Positions 36,391 to 48,826 of a stretch of 64,000 nt of DNA are shown in pieces. The notes beneath the pieces were generated by a model. That model made no database searches. It worked only from the letters and a program-made list of their open reading frames with translations, and was not told the DNA's origin. The stretch's first letter is position 1. Every line of letters starts with the position of its first letter. Origin of the DNA: Eledone cirrhosa (taxonomy: Eukaryota); assembly GCA_964016885.1 (NCBI GenBank), contig OZ024742.1, positions 291,214,001 to 291,278,000 of the forward strand, in the 5' to 3' direction. A program made the position numbers and the translations under genes.

Positions 36391-36492
36391 TATATATATG
36401 ACACCTGATATATATATATAGTATAGATGATGCAGTGAATTACTGGTGGTGGTACCAAAACAAGCACTCTGTGCATAGGCAGAGTGTATATA

Positions 36493-36826
36493 TAAGAAAA
36501 AAATGAGGAAGTTTCATTTACATGTATAAGATTTTTATTGTGTATCGAACTGTTATGCGTGTTTTGCAGAGGATTGGTTCAAGGTCACCCATAGGAGTTA
36601 TGGACCAGACTCCATTATCGATTTGATCTCTAGACAGGTGATGTGATGAAAAAAACATTACATTTTTTGTCACATCACCTGTCTGAAGAGCAGATCGATA
36701 ATGGAGTCAGGTCCATAACTCCTATGGCTGTCCTTGAGCCAATCATCTGCAAAACACATATAACAGATCATTGCACAAGAAAAATCTCATACATGTAAAT
36801 AAAACTTCTTTGTTTTTTCTAATATA
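36493..36826. repeat. ~330-bp foldback palindrome
   Basis: ccataggagttatggacc..gactccattatcgat..agacaggtgatgtga is mirrored by tcacatcacctgtct..atcgataatggagtc..ggtccataactcctatgg. Confidence 0.88.
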
Positions 36827-36837
36827 TATATTTATAT

Positions 36838-37170
36838 TTAATATAGAAAATCTTTTTCAAGACTAAAACTGTTTCATTCATGAGAAATCATCAGGAAGCT
36901 GACTGTCCAAGTAATATGGTGGTATTTATATCTTTTCTGGTGGTAGGAGAGAGTGAGGATTGGGATGGGTGGAGGTCATTGGTTGATGGGTTTAAAGAAA
37001 AGGGAATTCTTTAAAAGCTATATTTAGAGTAACAAAGGCAGAAGGAATTCTATAACAAGTTTAAACTGGGGGTGCCACTCATTATTTTTAAGGTTCTCTT
37101 AAGCTAACAATGCCTATAATTCAGGAATCTACAAGCACATTCACACACACACATATATAAAGCCCTTATA
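36838..37170 (-). mobile_element. Inverted copy of the hammerhead-bearing non-coding repeat at 47470-47912
   Basis: Reverse complement of about 47510-47840; contains agcttc-CTGATGA-tttctcatgaat-GAAAC. Confidence 0.85.
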
Positions 37171-37284
37171 TATATATATATGTATATATATACTCTTTTA
37201 CCTGTTTCAGCCATCCGGCTGAGGCCATACACATGTACTGTATATATCAAGTAGTAATATTTTCGAAACAGCGAGCGAGTTTGA

Positions 37285-37433
37285 AATTATAAATGTAAGC
37301 TATCGCCGTATTTTGACTATACTCAATACTCATCTTTTTCCATTTCTCCGAGAGTTCTTAACCCCACTATCAGGCTAAATAATTTTCTTTAATTTCTTTA
37401 GTCAAAATACGGCGATAGCTTACATTTATAATT
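37285..37433. repeat. Short MITE-like element with perfect 35-bp inverted repeats
   Basis: aattataaatgtaagctatcgccgtattttgacta / tagtcaaaatacggcgatagcttacatttataatt. Confidence 0.8.
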
Positions 37434-37436
37434 ACA

Positions 37437-37523
<87 letters not shown>

Positions 37524-37619
37524 ATATATATATGTATATATATATATACATACATATATATACACATACATACACATATATACACATATATACATACATA
37601 TATATATATACATATCTAT

Positions 37620-38103
37620 CTAGGGCGGGTAAAATTCCCGAGATCCATGGACGAGTTCTCTTTAGTAGTTTATGTCCCTCATTATCACTGCCATGTCCTG
37701 CGTCTCCAACAGACCAGTGTCTGTCCTTAGGGGGCATCAACATATGTTAACCTTGGCCTTCCTCTTCCAGTGTGTCCATGCAGGGGCTCCCAGAGGAGCA
37801 CTGAGTGCAGTGTCAACTCTGGATATTGGTGAGCATGTCCAGCTAACCTCAGTCTCCTCTGTGTTACTTTTGAGCTGACTTTTGAGAGGCTCCCATACAG
37901 CTCTGAGTTTTTCATCCTCAGTGTATTCTGATTAATGTTCAGAGCCATCCTTCGTAAAGACCTGAAGATCCGCCTCTTCATTGCTGTAGTGGAGTCTGTG
38001 CTGCTGTACGGGACTGAGACTTGGACACTGACCAAGAAACTCACTCAGATGGTGGATGGGTGCTACACGAGAATGCTGAGGATGGCTTTGAACATTAATC
38101 AAT
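37620..38103 (-). mobile_element. RTE-like LINE 3' fragment (different family) with 5' inversion
   Basis: Minus strand: MALNINQ...RRLRLAGH...[16 protein letters not shown]. Plus strand 37952-38103: LKIRLFIAVVESVLLYGTETW...RMLRMALNINQ. Confidence 0.85.
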
Positions 38104-38187
38104 ATATACATATATATACACACATATACACACATATACATATACATACACATACATACACACACACATACATATATATATACACAT

Positions 38188-39413
38188 AGTTGTAGGAAAG
38201 AAAATAAGGCGCCGGTCCCTTCCAGGAAATGGCCATGCTCAGTGTGTAGGAAAGGCGTAGGTAGAAACTCCATTTTATATCCCAAATGCAAAGTATGGGT
38301 GCATAAAAGATGTAGTGGGATCATAGGTAAGCTAACTAAGAACATAGATTTTACATGTGGCCGGTGCTCTGGTGCAATAAGTAGCAGCAAGTGCCCACAA
38401 AATACTAGCTCTTTCAATTGCGCAGAGGGTTCTATAGAAATAGTGGATAGCTTCCGTTACCTGGGTGACAAAATCAGCAGTGGGGGAGGGTGCTCTGAAA
38501 GTACAGTAGCTAGAGTCAGAACTGGATGGAAAAAGTTCAGAGAGCTTATACCACTATTAGCCGCTAAAGGGTTCTCCCTAAAAATGAAAGGCAGGTTGTA
38601 TGATGCCTGCATACGAACAGCAATGTTGCATGGCAGTGAGACCTGGGCATTGTGTGCAGAGGATATATGCAGACTAGAGAGGAACGAAGCTTGCATGCTC
38701 CGCTGGATGTGTAATAGTAATATACGCGAACGGCAAAGCATAAACGAACTAAGGGAAAAATTAGAAATAAGAGGGATCAGATGTTGTTTACTCGAGAGAA
38801 GGCTACGTTGGTACGGTCACGTAATGTGCATGAAAGACGACAGCTGTATAAAAAAGTGCAGGGCAATAAAGATAGACGGTAGCCACGGAGTAGGCAGACC
38901 CAGAAAAACCTGGGACGACCTGATAAACTCCGACCTCACACACTTACACCTCTCCAAGACAATGTCACTGGACCGAGATCTTTGGCGGTACTCAGTAATA
39001 GAGAAGACCCGCCTTACCTAAATACAAAGTAAAACCTACTACAGTCAGTAGGCATCTCTAACAAAATACACCCCCGTCCCATCCACACCGCCCCTTTCAA
39101 TGTAAAGTTATGTTGGTGCCACAACATCCAGTCCTAAATAAATGAGGTCGTGTAGGTGTCACAACAAAAAAAAAAATACACACACACAGTCCACGCTGTA
39201 ATGTGGCCGTGTAGGTAACACAGTAAAAACCTCCCAGTCCACACTGTAAACGTGGTTGGTGTTAGGAAGGGCATCCAGCTGTAGAAAACCCGCCAGACAG
39301 TCCTATGCGAGCAAGACAACCACTCTTGCCTCAAGTGGGAAAACTCCCGTCCAAACCTATGCAAGCGTGGAACATGGACGTTAAACGATGATGATGATGA
39401 TGATGATGATGAT
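38188..39413 (+). mobile_element. RTE subfamily 2, 5'-truncated
   Basis: PHD finger, FRYLG, LHGSETW, RLRWYGHV; (GAT)n tail. Confidence 0.93.
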
Positions 39414-39431
39414 ATACATACACATACATAC

Positions 39432-41265
39432 ATTCGTTAATTCTGTCAGAACCTCAAAAACAATCTTCTTGTATTTAAACTCTGATTACTGTTATACGTT
39501 CGTCGTTTAATAACCTTCTCGTATTTAAACACTGATTACTGTTATACGCCCGTTTATAGGTTTAGATTTTAAAAAATAACCTTCATCACTGCCGAAGGGA
39601 CGTTTGAGAAATGTAATTGTATTTTCTTGTCTCTCTATGTTTTTACACGGTCCATTTACTTAGAAACCAAGCTTTCAATTTTATTCGTTAATTCTGTCAG
39701 ACCATCAAAAACAATCATCTTGTATTTAAACTCTTGTTGCTGTTATACGTTCGTTTAATAACCTTCTCGTATTTAAACACTGATTACTGTTATACGTCCA
39801 TTTATAGGTTTAGATTTAAAAAAAAAATAACCTTCTCATTAACTTCCCCATATCCCTCCTCTACTCGCCACCACTATTAGATGGTCCAATCATAATTCAG
39901 CGGCTTATATGTCTCTCTTACCAATCTCTTACACAAAACCACCGCCTCGGCTATTCACTCCTTAAGTTTAAACCTGGTTGCCTTTGATATGCAAGAGGGA
40001 CTGTGGGATTCTGGAGAGAACGAAGAATCTGGACACTCAAATGACAATGTCAAAGATAAGGATAAATTCACCTCATGTGGCCGGACGAAAAGGCAAGGAT
40101 TCCTCTTTATTTCAGACGCGGATGGCAAACATAACCCCATCTCCCTCCCCCCTCCCTACACCCCCAATCCATCCCTTCCACCCACCAAACGAAATCCAAA
40201 ACTTCAGAGTTGGTACCATGAATGTAGGCACTTTGAAAGGTCGCTCTAACGAGGTTGTAGAGATGTTTGAACGTAAGGAAGTTGATGACTGTTGCGTCCA
40301 AGAGACTAGGTGGAGGGGTGGGTCTGCTAGATTCATTGTGGGTAAAAAACGATGCTATAAACTTTTCTGGGTGGGAAATGACAATGGGCTGGGTGGAGGA
40401 GGAATTATGTTAGCAGAAAAATGGGTAGATAAGGTAATTTGACGTAAATAGAGTGAACGACAGAATAATTAAAATAAAACTAGTCCTAAATAGAACTACT
40501 GTGACAATAATATCCGCTTACGCACCCCAATCTGGACTGCCTGGCGTTATAAAAGACAGATTCTATGAGACATTGATGCTCACTACCTCCCAAATAACCG
40601 ACAGTGACTACATAATTATTACTAGCGACCTAAATGGTCATGTTGGACAACATTGTGACGGCTATGACAGAATCCATGGAGGCTATGGGTTTGGTACTAG
40701 AAATGAGGAAGGCTCCAGAATCCGGGAATTCTGTGACGCAAATAACCTAACTATCTGTAACACAAACTTCAATAAACGAGACAATCACTTGCTCACCTAT
40801 AGATCAGGGGAACACGCCAGTCAGATAGATTATATCCTTACCAGAAGACGTGACAAAGTGTCGGTTGTAAACACTACCCCCCCCCACCACCACCACCACG
40901 AAGAATGCACCTCCCAACATAACCTTATAGTTAGTGACCTCATAGTCAGGTCGAGACGTACTCGACAACAGAGGAGGACTACCCTGAGAGGAAGAATATG
41001 AAAGTTAAAGGACCCCACAACCAGTAACAAATTTAAAAGCATGCTACTTGATGCTTTTGACAGTAAGGAAGAGCAATTAGGGACGTACAGTATAGAGGAA
41101 CAGTGGGAATTCCTGAAAGTTAACCTGCTGAAGGCCACAGATGAAATCTGTGGCTGGAGCAGACCTATAGGCAGGAGGAGAGTAACAAGATGGTGGAACA
41201 GTAAGATGGAGGAGACAATCAAGGCCAAAACGCAAGCTTGGAAAGTATGGTGGGATGATGATGTG
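39432..41265 (+). mobile_element. RTE subfamily 2, 5' half (5'UTR with an internal duplication + APE domain), 3' part missing
   Basis: VGTMNVGTL, VQETRW, SAYAPQ, DLNGHVG, QIDYIL and SQHN. 39432-39585 is repeated at about 39683-39835. Confidence 0.9.
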
Positions 41266-41310
41266 TGAGAATATATATATATGTTTGTATGTATGTGTAT
41301 GTATATATAT

Positions 41311-44300
41311 CATCATCATCATCGTTTAACATCTATCTTCCACGCTAGCATGGGTTTAGACGGGAATTGTCCCACGTGAGGCAAGATTAGTTGTCTTGCT
41401 CGTATAGGACTATCTGGCGTGTTTTCTACGGCTGGATGCCCCTCCTAACACCAACCACGTTTACAGTGTGGACTGGGGGGTTTTTACTGTGTTACCTACA
41501 CGGCCACATTACAGCGTGGACTGTGTGTGTGTATTTTTTTTGTTGTGACACCTACACGACCTCATTTATTTAGGACTGGATGTTGTGGCACCAACATATC
41601 TTTACAGAGAAAGGGGGGGTTAGATGGGGGGGGGGGTAGTGGGTTGGAGGTGTATTTTTAGTTAGGAGGTGCCTACTGACTGTAGGTTTCGCTTTGTACT
41701 TAGGCAAGGCGGGTCTTCTGTATTACTGTGTAACGCCAAAGATGTCGGTCCAGTGACATTGTCTTGGAGAGGTGTAAGTGTCTAAGGTCGGAATTTATCA
41801 AGTCGTCCCAGGTTTTTCTGGGTCTGCCTACTCTGTATCTTCCATCTATGTTGATCGCCCTGCACTTTTTTATACAGCTGTTATCTTTCATGCGCATCAC
41901 GTGACCAAACCAACGTAGTCTTCTCTTGAGTAAACAGCATCTGATCCCTCTTATTCCTAATTTCTCATTTAGTTCATTTATGCTTTGCCGTTCACGTATA
42001 TTACTATTACACATTCAACGGAGCATGCAAGCTTCGTTCCTCTCCAGTCTGCGCAGATCCTCTGCACACAATGCCCATGTCTCACTGCCATGTAAAATTG
42101 TTGTTCGTATGCAGGCATCATACAGTCTGCCTTTCATTTTTAGGGAGAAACCTTTAGCGGCCAATAGTGGTATAAGCTCTCTGAACTTTTTCCATCCAGT
42201 TCTGACTCTAGCTACTGTACTTTCTGAGCACCCTCCACCACTGCTGATTTTGTCACCCAGGTAACGAAAGGTGTCCACTATTTCTATAGAACCTCTGGGC
42301 AATGGAAGGAACTAGTATTGTGGGCACTTGCTACTACTTATTGCACCTGAGCACCGGCCACATATAAAATCTATGTTCTTAGTTAGTTTACCTGTGATCC
42401 CACTACATCTTTTATGCACCCATACTTTGCATTTGGGACATAAAATGGAGTTTCTGCCTACTCCTTTCCTATACACTGAGCATGGCCATTTCCCAGAGGG
42501 GACCAGTGCTCTATTTTCCTTCCTACATACTAGAACTTTAGTCTTAGACAAGTTAATTTTAAGGCCTTTTGATTCTAGGCCATGCTTCCAAGTTTGATCA
42601 TTAGATCATCTGCGTATAGAAGTTCCCATGGGCAGCTGGTCTTGAACTCCTCTGTTATAGCCTGAAGGAAAATAATAAATAAGAGGGAGCTAAGGACAGA
42701 GCGCTGATGAACACCGACTTTTACGCTAAATTCTTCACTAAATTCGTTAATTCTAACCTTGCTGACTTTTTCTTTATACATGGCTTGTATGGCTCTCACG
42801 AGCCATTCATCAACACCTAGTCTTCTAAGAGCCCACCAGATAATGGAGCAGGGGATTCTGTCAAAGGCTTTCTCCAAGTCAACAAAAGCTAAGTATAGGG
42901 GTTTACTTTTAGCTAGGTACTTCTTCTGTAGTTGTCGTACAAGGAAAAGAGCGTCTGTGGTACTTTTACCTGACACAAACCCAAACTGCATTTCATCTAG
43001 ATCAATTCGCTCTCTGATTACTTGTGCTATAACTCTTTCTGTGACCTTCATGGCCTGGTCAATTAATTTAATGCCTCTATAGTTTCCCCTATCTAGGGCA
43101 CCTCCTTTATCCTTGTAGCAGTTAATGATGACGCTGCTACTCCAGTCATTTGGCATGACCCCATTCTGTATGACTTGGTTTACTATCCAGGAGACCATAG
43201 TGTGTCCCACCGATCCAGATGCTTTCAGCATTTCAGCAACTATCTCCGAAGGCCCAGCTGCTTTGCCTGTCTTCATATCTTTGATTGCCTTACTTATTAT
43301 ACCACCTCCCTCTATTGGATCGATTTGGGGCAGACTATCTTTTCCCCACTTATTCTCCTCATTTAGTAGCCTCTCGTAGTGACACTTCCAAGCTACCTTC
43401 TTATCAGTATCAGTGTTGGCAAATATACCATCATAATTACGGACACACTTCTCCCCGACAATATCACGGTTTTCCTTTACACATTGTCTAGCAATCCGGA
43501 ACACCTCATGTTTTTGGTCCTCGCGTTGTAGAACATGCTTGAACTTTCTTTCCTCTGCTTCCCTTCTTGCAAGGTACACTTGTCTCCTAGCTTCCCTCCT
43601 GGCCACTTGATAGTGTTCTCTACTTCTCTCAACCTGCCACACTTTCCAAGTTTACTTTTTGGCCTTGATTGACTCCTCCACCTTACTGTTCCACCACCAT
43701 GTTACTCTCCTCCTGTCTATAGGTCTGTTCCAGCCACAGATTTCATCTGTCGCCTTCAGCAGGTTAACTTTCAGGAATTCCCACTGTTCCTCTAATTGCT
43801 TTTCCTTACTGTCAAAAGCATCAAGTAGCATGCTTTTAAATTTGTTACTGGCTGTGGGGTCCTTTAACTTTTTTGAAGTTAGTGTTGCAGATAGTTAGGT
43901 CATTTAGGTCGCCAGCAATAATTATGTAGTCACTGTCGGTTATTTGAGAGGTAGTGAGCATTAGCGACTCATAGAATCTGTCTTTTATAACACCAGGCAG
44001 TCCAGATTGGGGTGCTTAAACGGATATTATTGTCACAGTAGTTCTATTTAGGACAAGTCTTATTTTGATTATTCTGTCGTTCACTCTATTTACGTCGATT
44101 ACCTTATCTACCCATTTTTCTACTAACATAATTCCTCCTCCACTCAACCCATTTTCATTTCCCACCCAGAAAAATTTATAGCATCGTTTTTTATCCACAA
44201 TGAATCTAACAGACCCACCCTTCCCCCTAGTCACCTAGTCTCCTACGTTCAAGCATCTCTACAACCTCATTAGAGCGACCTTTCAAAGTGCCTACATTCA

Positions 44301-44923
44301 TGGTACCAACTCTGAAGTTTTGGATTTCGTTTGGTGGGTGGAAGGGATGTGTTGGAGGTGTAGGGAGGGGGAGGGAGATGGAGTTATGTTTGCCATCCGC
44401 GTCTGAAATAAAGAGGAATCCTTGCCTTTTCGTCCGGCCACATGAGGTGAATTTATCTTTATCTTTGACATTGTCATTTGAGTGTCCAGATTCTTCGTTC
44501 TCTCCAGAATCCCACAGTCCCTCTTGCATATCAAAGGCAACCAGGTTTAAACTTAAGGAGTGAATAGCCGAGGCGGTGGTTTTGTGTAAGAGATTGGTAA
44601 GAGAGATTGGACCATCTAATAATGGTAGCGAGTGGGGGAGGGATATGGGGAAGTTAACAAGAAGGTTATTTCTTTTTTAATTTAAACCTATAAACGGACG
44701 TATATCAGTAATGAGTGTTTAAATACAAGAATGTTATTAAACGAACGTATAACAGTAATCAGTGTTTAAATACGAGACGATTCTTTTTGAGGGTCTGACA
44801 GAATTAACGAATAAAATTGAAAGCTTGGATTCTAAGTAAATGGACCGTGTAAAAACATAGAGAGAGACAAGAAAATTGGCGTAAATACATCACATTTCTC
44901 AAACGCCCCTTCGGCAGCGATGG
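41311..44923 (-). mobile_element. RTE subfamily 2, near full length, degraded, convergent with the 39432 copy
   Basis: The 5'UTR mirrors 39585-40100. APE has an internal deletion; RT and PHD motifs and a (GAT)n tail are present. Confidence 0.93.
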
Positions 44924-44957
44924 TATATATATATATGTATATATATATGTGTGTGTA

Positions 44958-45529
44958 TGTAGCGAGATCTGTCCACGCCTTGAACCTTGTGTGACACCTA
45001 AAGGTCAAATTCTAGGTCACTACCCTTTTGGCGTGAACAGGTTGATGCGTTGGCTATCGCCTCAAGGTGGGAGACAGGGAAGCGACAGGTATATAAAGCC
45101 TATATTTTCCCACCTTAGACACAGATAGATCGGAGCTCTACGATACACAACAAACTATGTAAAGATTCACCACTATCAACAGACATAGAGGTCTACAGAG
45201 ATACAGAGAGATCAGAGCCCTAATACTACAGACCCGCTATGTGAAAGATATTCCACTATCTACAAGCCACAGTGGTCTACAATCAATTACAGACCATTAC
45301 TATCTCTCACTCACTATAGTCTCAGACTCACAAAGAAAACTAATATGATGACTGCAACAAACTTTAACAACCAACAAACGTTATCTCGTCGCTCGCAGTT
45401 TTCATATTAACAACTAAATAACATTGTCAAGCTTCGCAACTCTTGGTAACTGTTTTATTGTACTTTTTGATTGAAGTGAAGTAAACCATATATAAACTAA
45501 ATCATTTATTCATGTTATTTCATCTAACA
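44958..45529 (+). mobile_element. Probable solo LTR
   Basis: Starts TGTAGCG, ends CTAACA, has TATATAAA at about 45091. Same 5' heptamer as the satellite LTRs; no TSD seen. Confidence 0.55.
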
Positions 45530-45553
45530 ATTCTTATTTATACCCGTCGTTAA

Positions 45554-45554
<1 letters not shown>

Positions 45555-45590
<36 letters not shown>

Positions 45591-45990
45591 CATGTATATA
45601 TATATGTGTATGTGTATGTGTATGTATATGTGTATATATATATATGTATGTGTTTGTGTATGTGTGTTTGTGTATGTGTGTTTATGTATATGTATATGTG
45701 TGTATATGTATGTATATATATATATATATGCATGTATATATATATATGTGTATGTGTATATATATGTATGTGTGTGTGTGTGTGTATGTTTATGTATATG
45801 TATATGTGTGTATATATATGTGTATGTGTATATATGTGTGTGTGTATGTGTATGTATATGTGTATATATATGTATATATATATGTATGTGTATATATATA
45901 TATATATAAGTATGTATACGTACATACATATATGTATACAGAATTACAGTAGTATGTATATATATATACATACATGCACACATATATATA
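45555..45990. repeat. (TA)n/(TG)n compound microsatellite
   Basis: Read directly from the sequence. Confidence 0.95.
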
Positions 45991-46736
45991 TGTACGTATG
46001 GATTCACCGAACATTTATTATAATGCTCGGTGTGTTTGTAAACAAACATCCCGTATTAAGCCGTAGTGTCTAGCAACCATCGTTGCTCGTTTGTTCAACA
46101 CTGACAAAAGAACGCTGTACTAGTTTCAAGCTTATTAGCTATCGTCAGCAACGTATACCTTCCTGCCAGATGATTGAACGTCTGAAAGTATATACTTTCC
46201 TTATGCATATTAACGACTGAGTAGCCCAATTTGCATATCGAGTGGCTTAATCGGCCAGGTGCACCGAAAACGATAAACGGAAAAAATGAAACGAAATTTC
46301 ATTTCCCACTCTTAGTACGTTTAACCGGCCGATTAACCCACTCGATATGCAAATTGGGCTACTCAGCCGTTAATATGCATAAACAAAGTATATACTTTCA
46401 GACGTTCAATCATCTGGCAGCAAGGTATACGTTGCTGACGATAGCTAATAAGCTTGAAACTAGTACAGCGTTCCTTTGTCACTGTTGAACAAACGAGCAA
46501 CGATGGTTGCTAGACACTATGGCTTAATACGGGATGTTTGTTTACAAACACACCGAACATTATAATAAATGTTCGGTGAATCCATACGTACATATATATG
46601 TGTGCATGTACGTATATATATATACATACTACTGTACGTCTGTATTCATATATGTATGTACGTATACATACTTATATTTAAGTAACAGCCGTACTAAGAG
46701 TGGGAAATGAGATTTCGTTTCATTTTTTCCGTTTAT
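45905..46736. repeat. Long inverted repeat with A-B-A'-B' layout
   Basis: Arms about 45905-46260 and 46325-46680. The spacer segment 46275-46319 reappears inverted at 46690-46736. Confidence 0.88.
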
Positions 46737-47169
46737 ATATATATATATAGTAATAATAATAAATTTGAAGACTAAAATCCAAAGAGGGCTCGATAAGGAT
46801 AAATATATATCAAATATATAAGAACCGTTCATTGTCAGAGAACGTCTCTATGAACCACCTAATAGAATATTAGTCTACGACTTCTTTTATACCATAAACG
46901 TGGTTTTGTCTTTGCGTGTAATTGTTTTTCACCGCTCCAAATAATGACGTATTATATTCGTTTTTTCCCGTTCTTTGCCAGGGAACGTTTCCACGAACCA
47001 AAGTATCGTCTTCCTGTCTTCCTCCGGTTGCAACGTTTTTTGAAATATTCACTTCTGCGTTCACAGATTGACTTTGTTAGTTTCAGAAGATCCCGTTGAG
47101 GGTGAAAGCAGCGATTCCTTGCTTAAACTTTAATCTGTTATTTTAATATATATATATATATATCATATA

Positions 47170-47235
<66 letters not shown>

Positions 47236-47243
47236 ATATATAA

Positions 47244-47370
47244 GTTATTCCGGGTTGAATCAGAGGTAACCACAGTAAGTAAGGTACTCAATACAATGCA
47301 GAGTATAAATGTTTTAATATAGAAAAGCTTCTACAGGACTAGATCTGTTTCATTCATGAGAAATCATCAT
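47244..47370 (-). mobile_element. Inverted partial copy (3' part) of the hammerhead repeat
   Basis: Reverse complement of 47788-47912. Confidence 0.85.
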
Positions 47371-47395
47371 ACCCATATATACATATATATATACC

Positions 47396-47469
<74 letters not shown>

Positions 47470-47470
<1 letters not shown>

Positions 47471-47912
47471 GGGTATAAGAGTGTGTGTTTTTGTGAGTGT
47501 GTGGGCGTAAGGGCTTTATATATGCGTGTGTGTATGAATGTGCTTGTAGACACCTGAATTATAAGCATTGTTAGCTTAAGAGAACCTTAAAAATAAGGAG
47601 TGGTACCCCCAGTTTAAACTTGTTATAGAATTCCTTCTGCCTTTGTCACTATAAATATAGCTTTTGAAGAATTCTATTTTCTTTAAACCCATCAACCAAT
47701 GACCTCCACGCATCCCAATGACCTCCCCCCTCTCTTACCACAAGAAAATATATAAATACCACCATATTACTTGGACAGTCACCTTCCTGATGATTTCTCA
47801 CGAATGAAACGGTTCTAGTCCTGTAGAAGCTTTTCTATATTAAATATTTACACTCTGCATTGTATTGAGTACCTTACTTACTCTGGTTTCCCCCCGATTG
47901 AACCCGGGATAA
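47470..47912 (+). mobile_element. ~440-bp non-coding hammerhead-bearing repeat (retrozyme-like or solo Penelope pseudo-LTR)
   Basis: Three copies in the window, no ORF, adjacent to TA/TG microsatellites. Confidence 0.72.
47783..47829 (+). ncRNA. Type I hammerhead ribozyme, predicted cleavage after GUA (47825)
   Basis: cttc-CTGATGA-t-ttc(tcac)gaa-t-GAA-acgg(ttctagtc)ctgt-A-gaag. All three stems and both core boxes are present. Confidence 0.82.
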
Positions 47913-47913
47913 A

Positions 47914-48826
47914 GGGCTCTGTAGAAACAGTAGACAGCTTCTGCTACCTAGGTGACCGAATTAGCAGCGGAGGTGGGTGTTCAGAAAGTACAATAACTAG
48001 GGTAAGAACGGGATGGAAGAAGTTTAGGGAACTACTACCACTGCTAGCTGCAAAAGGCTTCTCCCTCAAAATTAAAGGCAGACTGTATGATGCGTGTATC
48101 CGAACAGCGATGTTGGATGGTAGTGAGACCTGGGCGCTGAAGGTGGAAGACTTACGTAGATTAGAGAGAAATGAAGCCTGCATGCTCTGATGGATGTGTA
48201 ACAGTAATATACACGAATGACAAAGCATAAATGAATTGAGAGAGAGACTGAGCATAAGAGGAATCAAATGCTGTGTGCAGGAGAGGCGGTTGCGCTGGTA
48301 TGGACATGTGATGCGTATGAAGGATGACAGCTGCATAAAAAGGTGCAGAGCACTAGAAGTCGATGGAAACCATGGAGTGGGGAGACCCAAGATGACCTGG
48401 GATGAGGTGATAAAAGCGACCTTACCCAATTACACCTCTCAAAGGCAATGACACACGACCGTGACCTCTGGCGTCACGCAGTAATACAGAGTACCCGACC
48501 TCCCATGGGTACAAGCTGAAGCATATAGACAATATGCCCCCACACCACCCACCGCAAGGTGGTCGTGGAGGTGCCATGGCAAAAAAGCACCCAGCCCGCA
48601 CTGTAAAGTGGACGTGTAGGCGCCACGAAAAAGCACCCAGCACTCACTGTAAATGAGGTTGGTGTTAGGAAGGGCATCCAGCTGTAGAAATCAAGCCAAA
48701 TCAGTTCCTGTGTGAGCAAGGCATGGTCAGCCGACCAGACACTGCCCACAACAGGACAACCTGTCTAACCCATGCTAGCGTGGAAGAACGGACGTAAAAC
48801 GGTGATGATGATGATGATGATGATGA
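47914..48826 (+). mobile_element. RTE subfamily 1, heavily 5'-truncated
   Basis: VETVDSFCYLG to GRPKMTW, 3'UTR modules, (GAT)n tail, (TA)n. Confidence 0.93.

Noticed and set aside
45524-46073. YI/HT/VC-rich ORFs (also at 24382-24693 and 37370-37750)
   Set aside because: Translations of TA/TG microsatellites.
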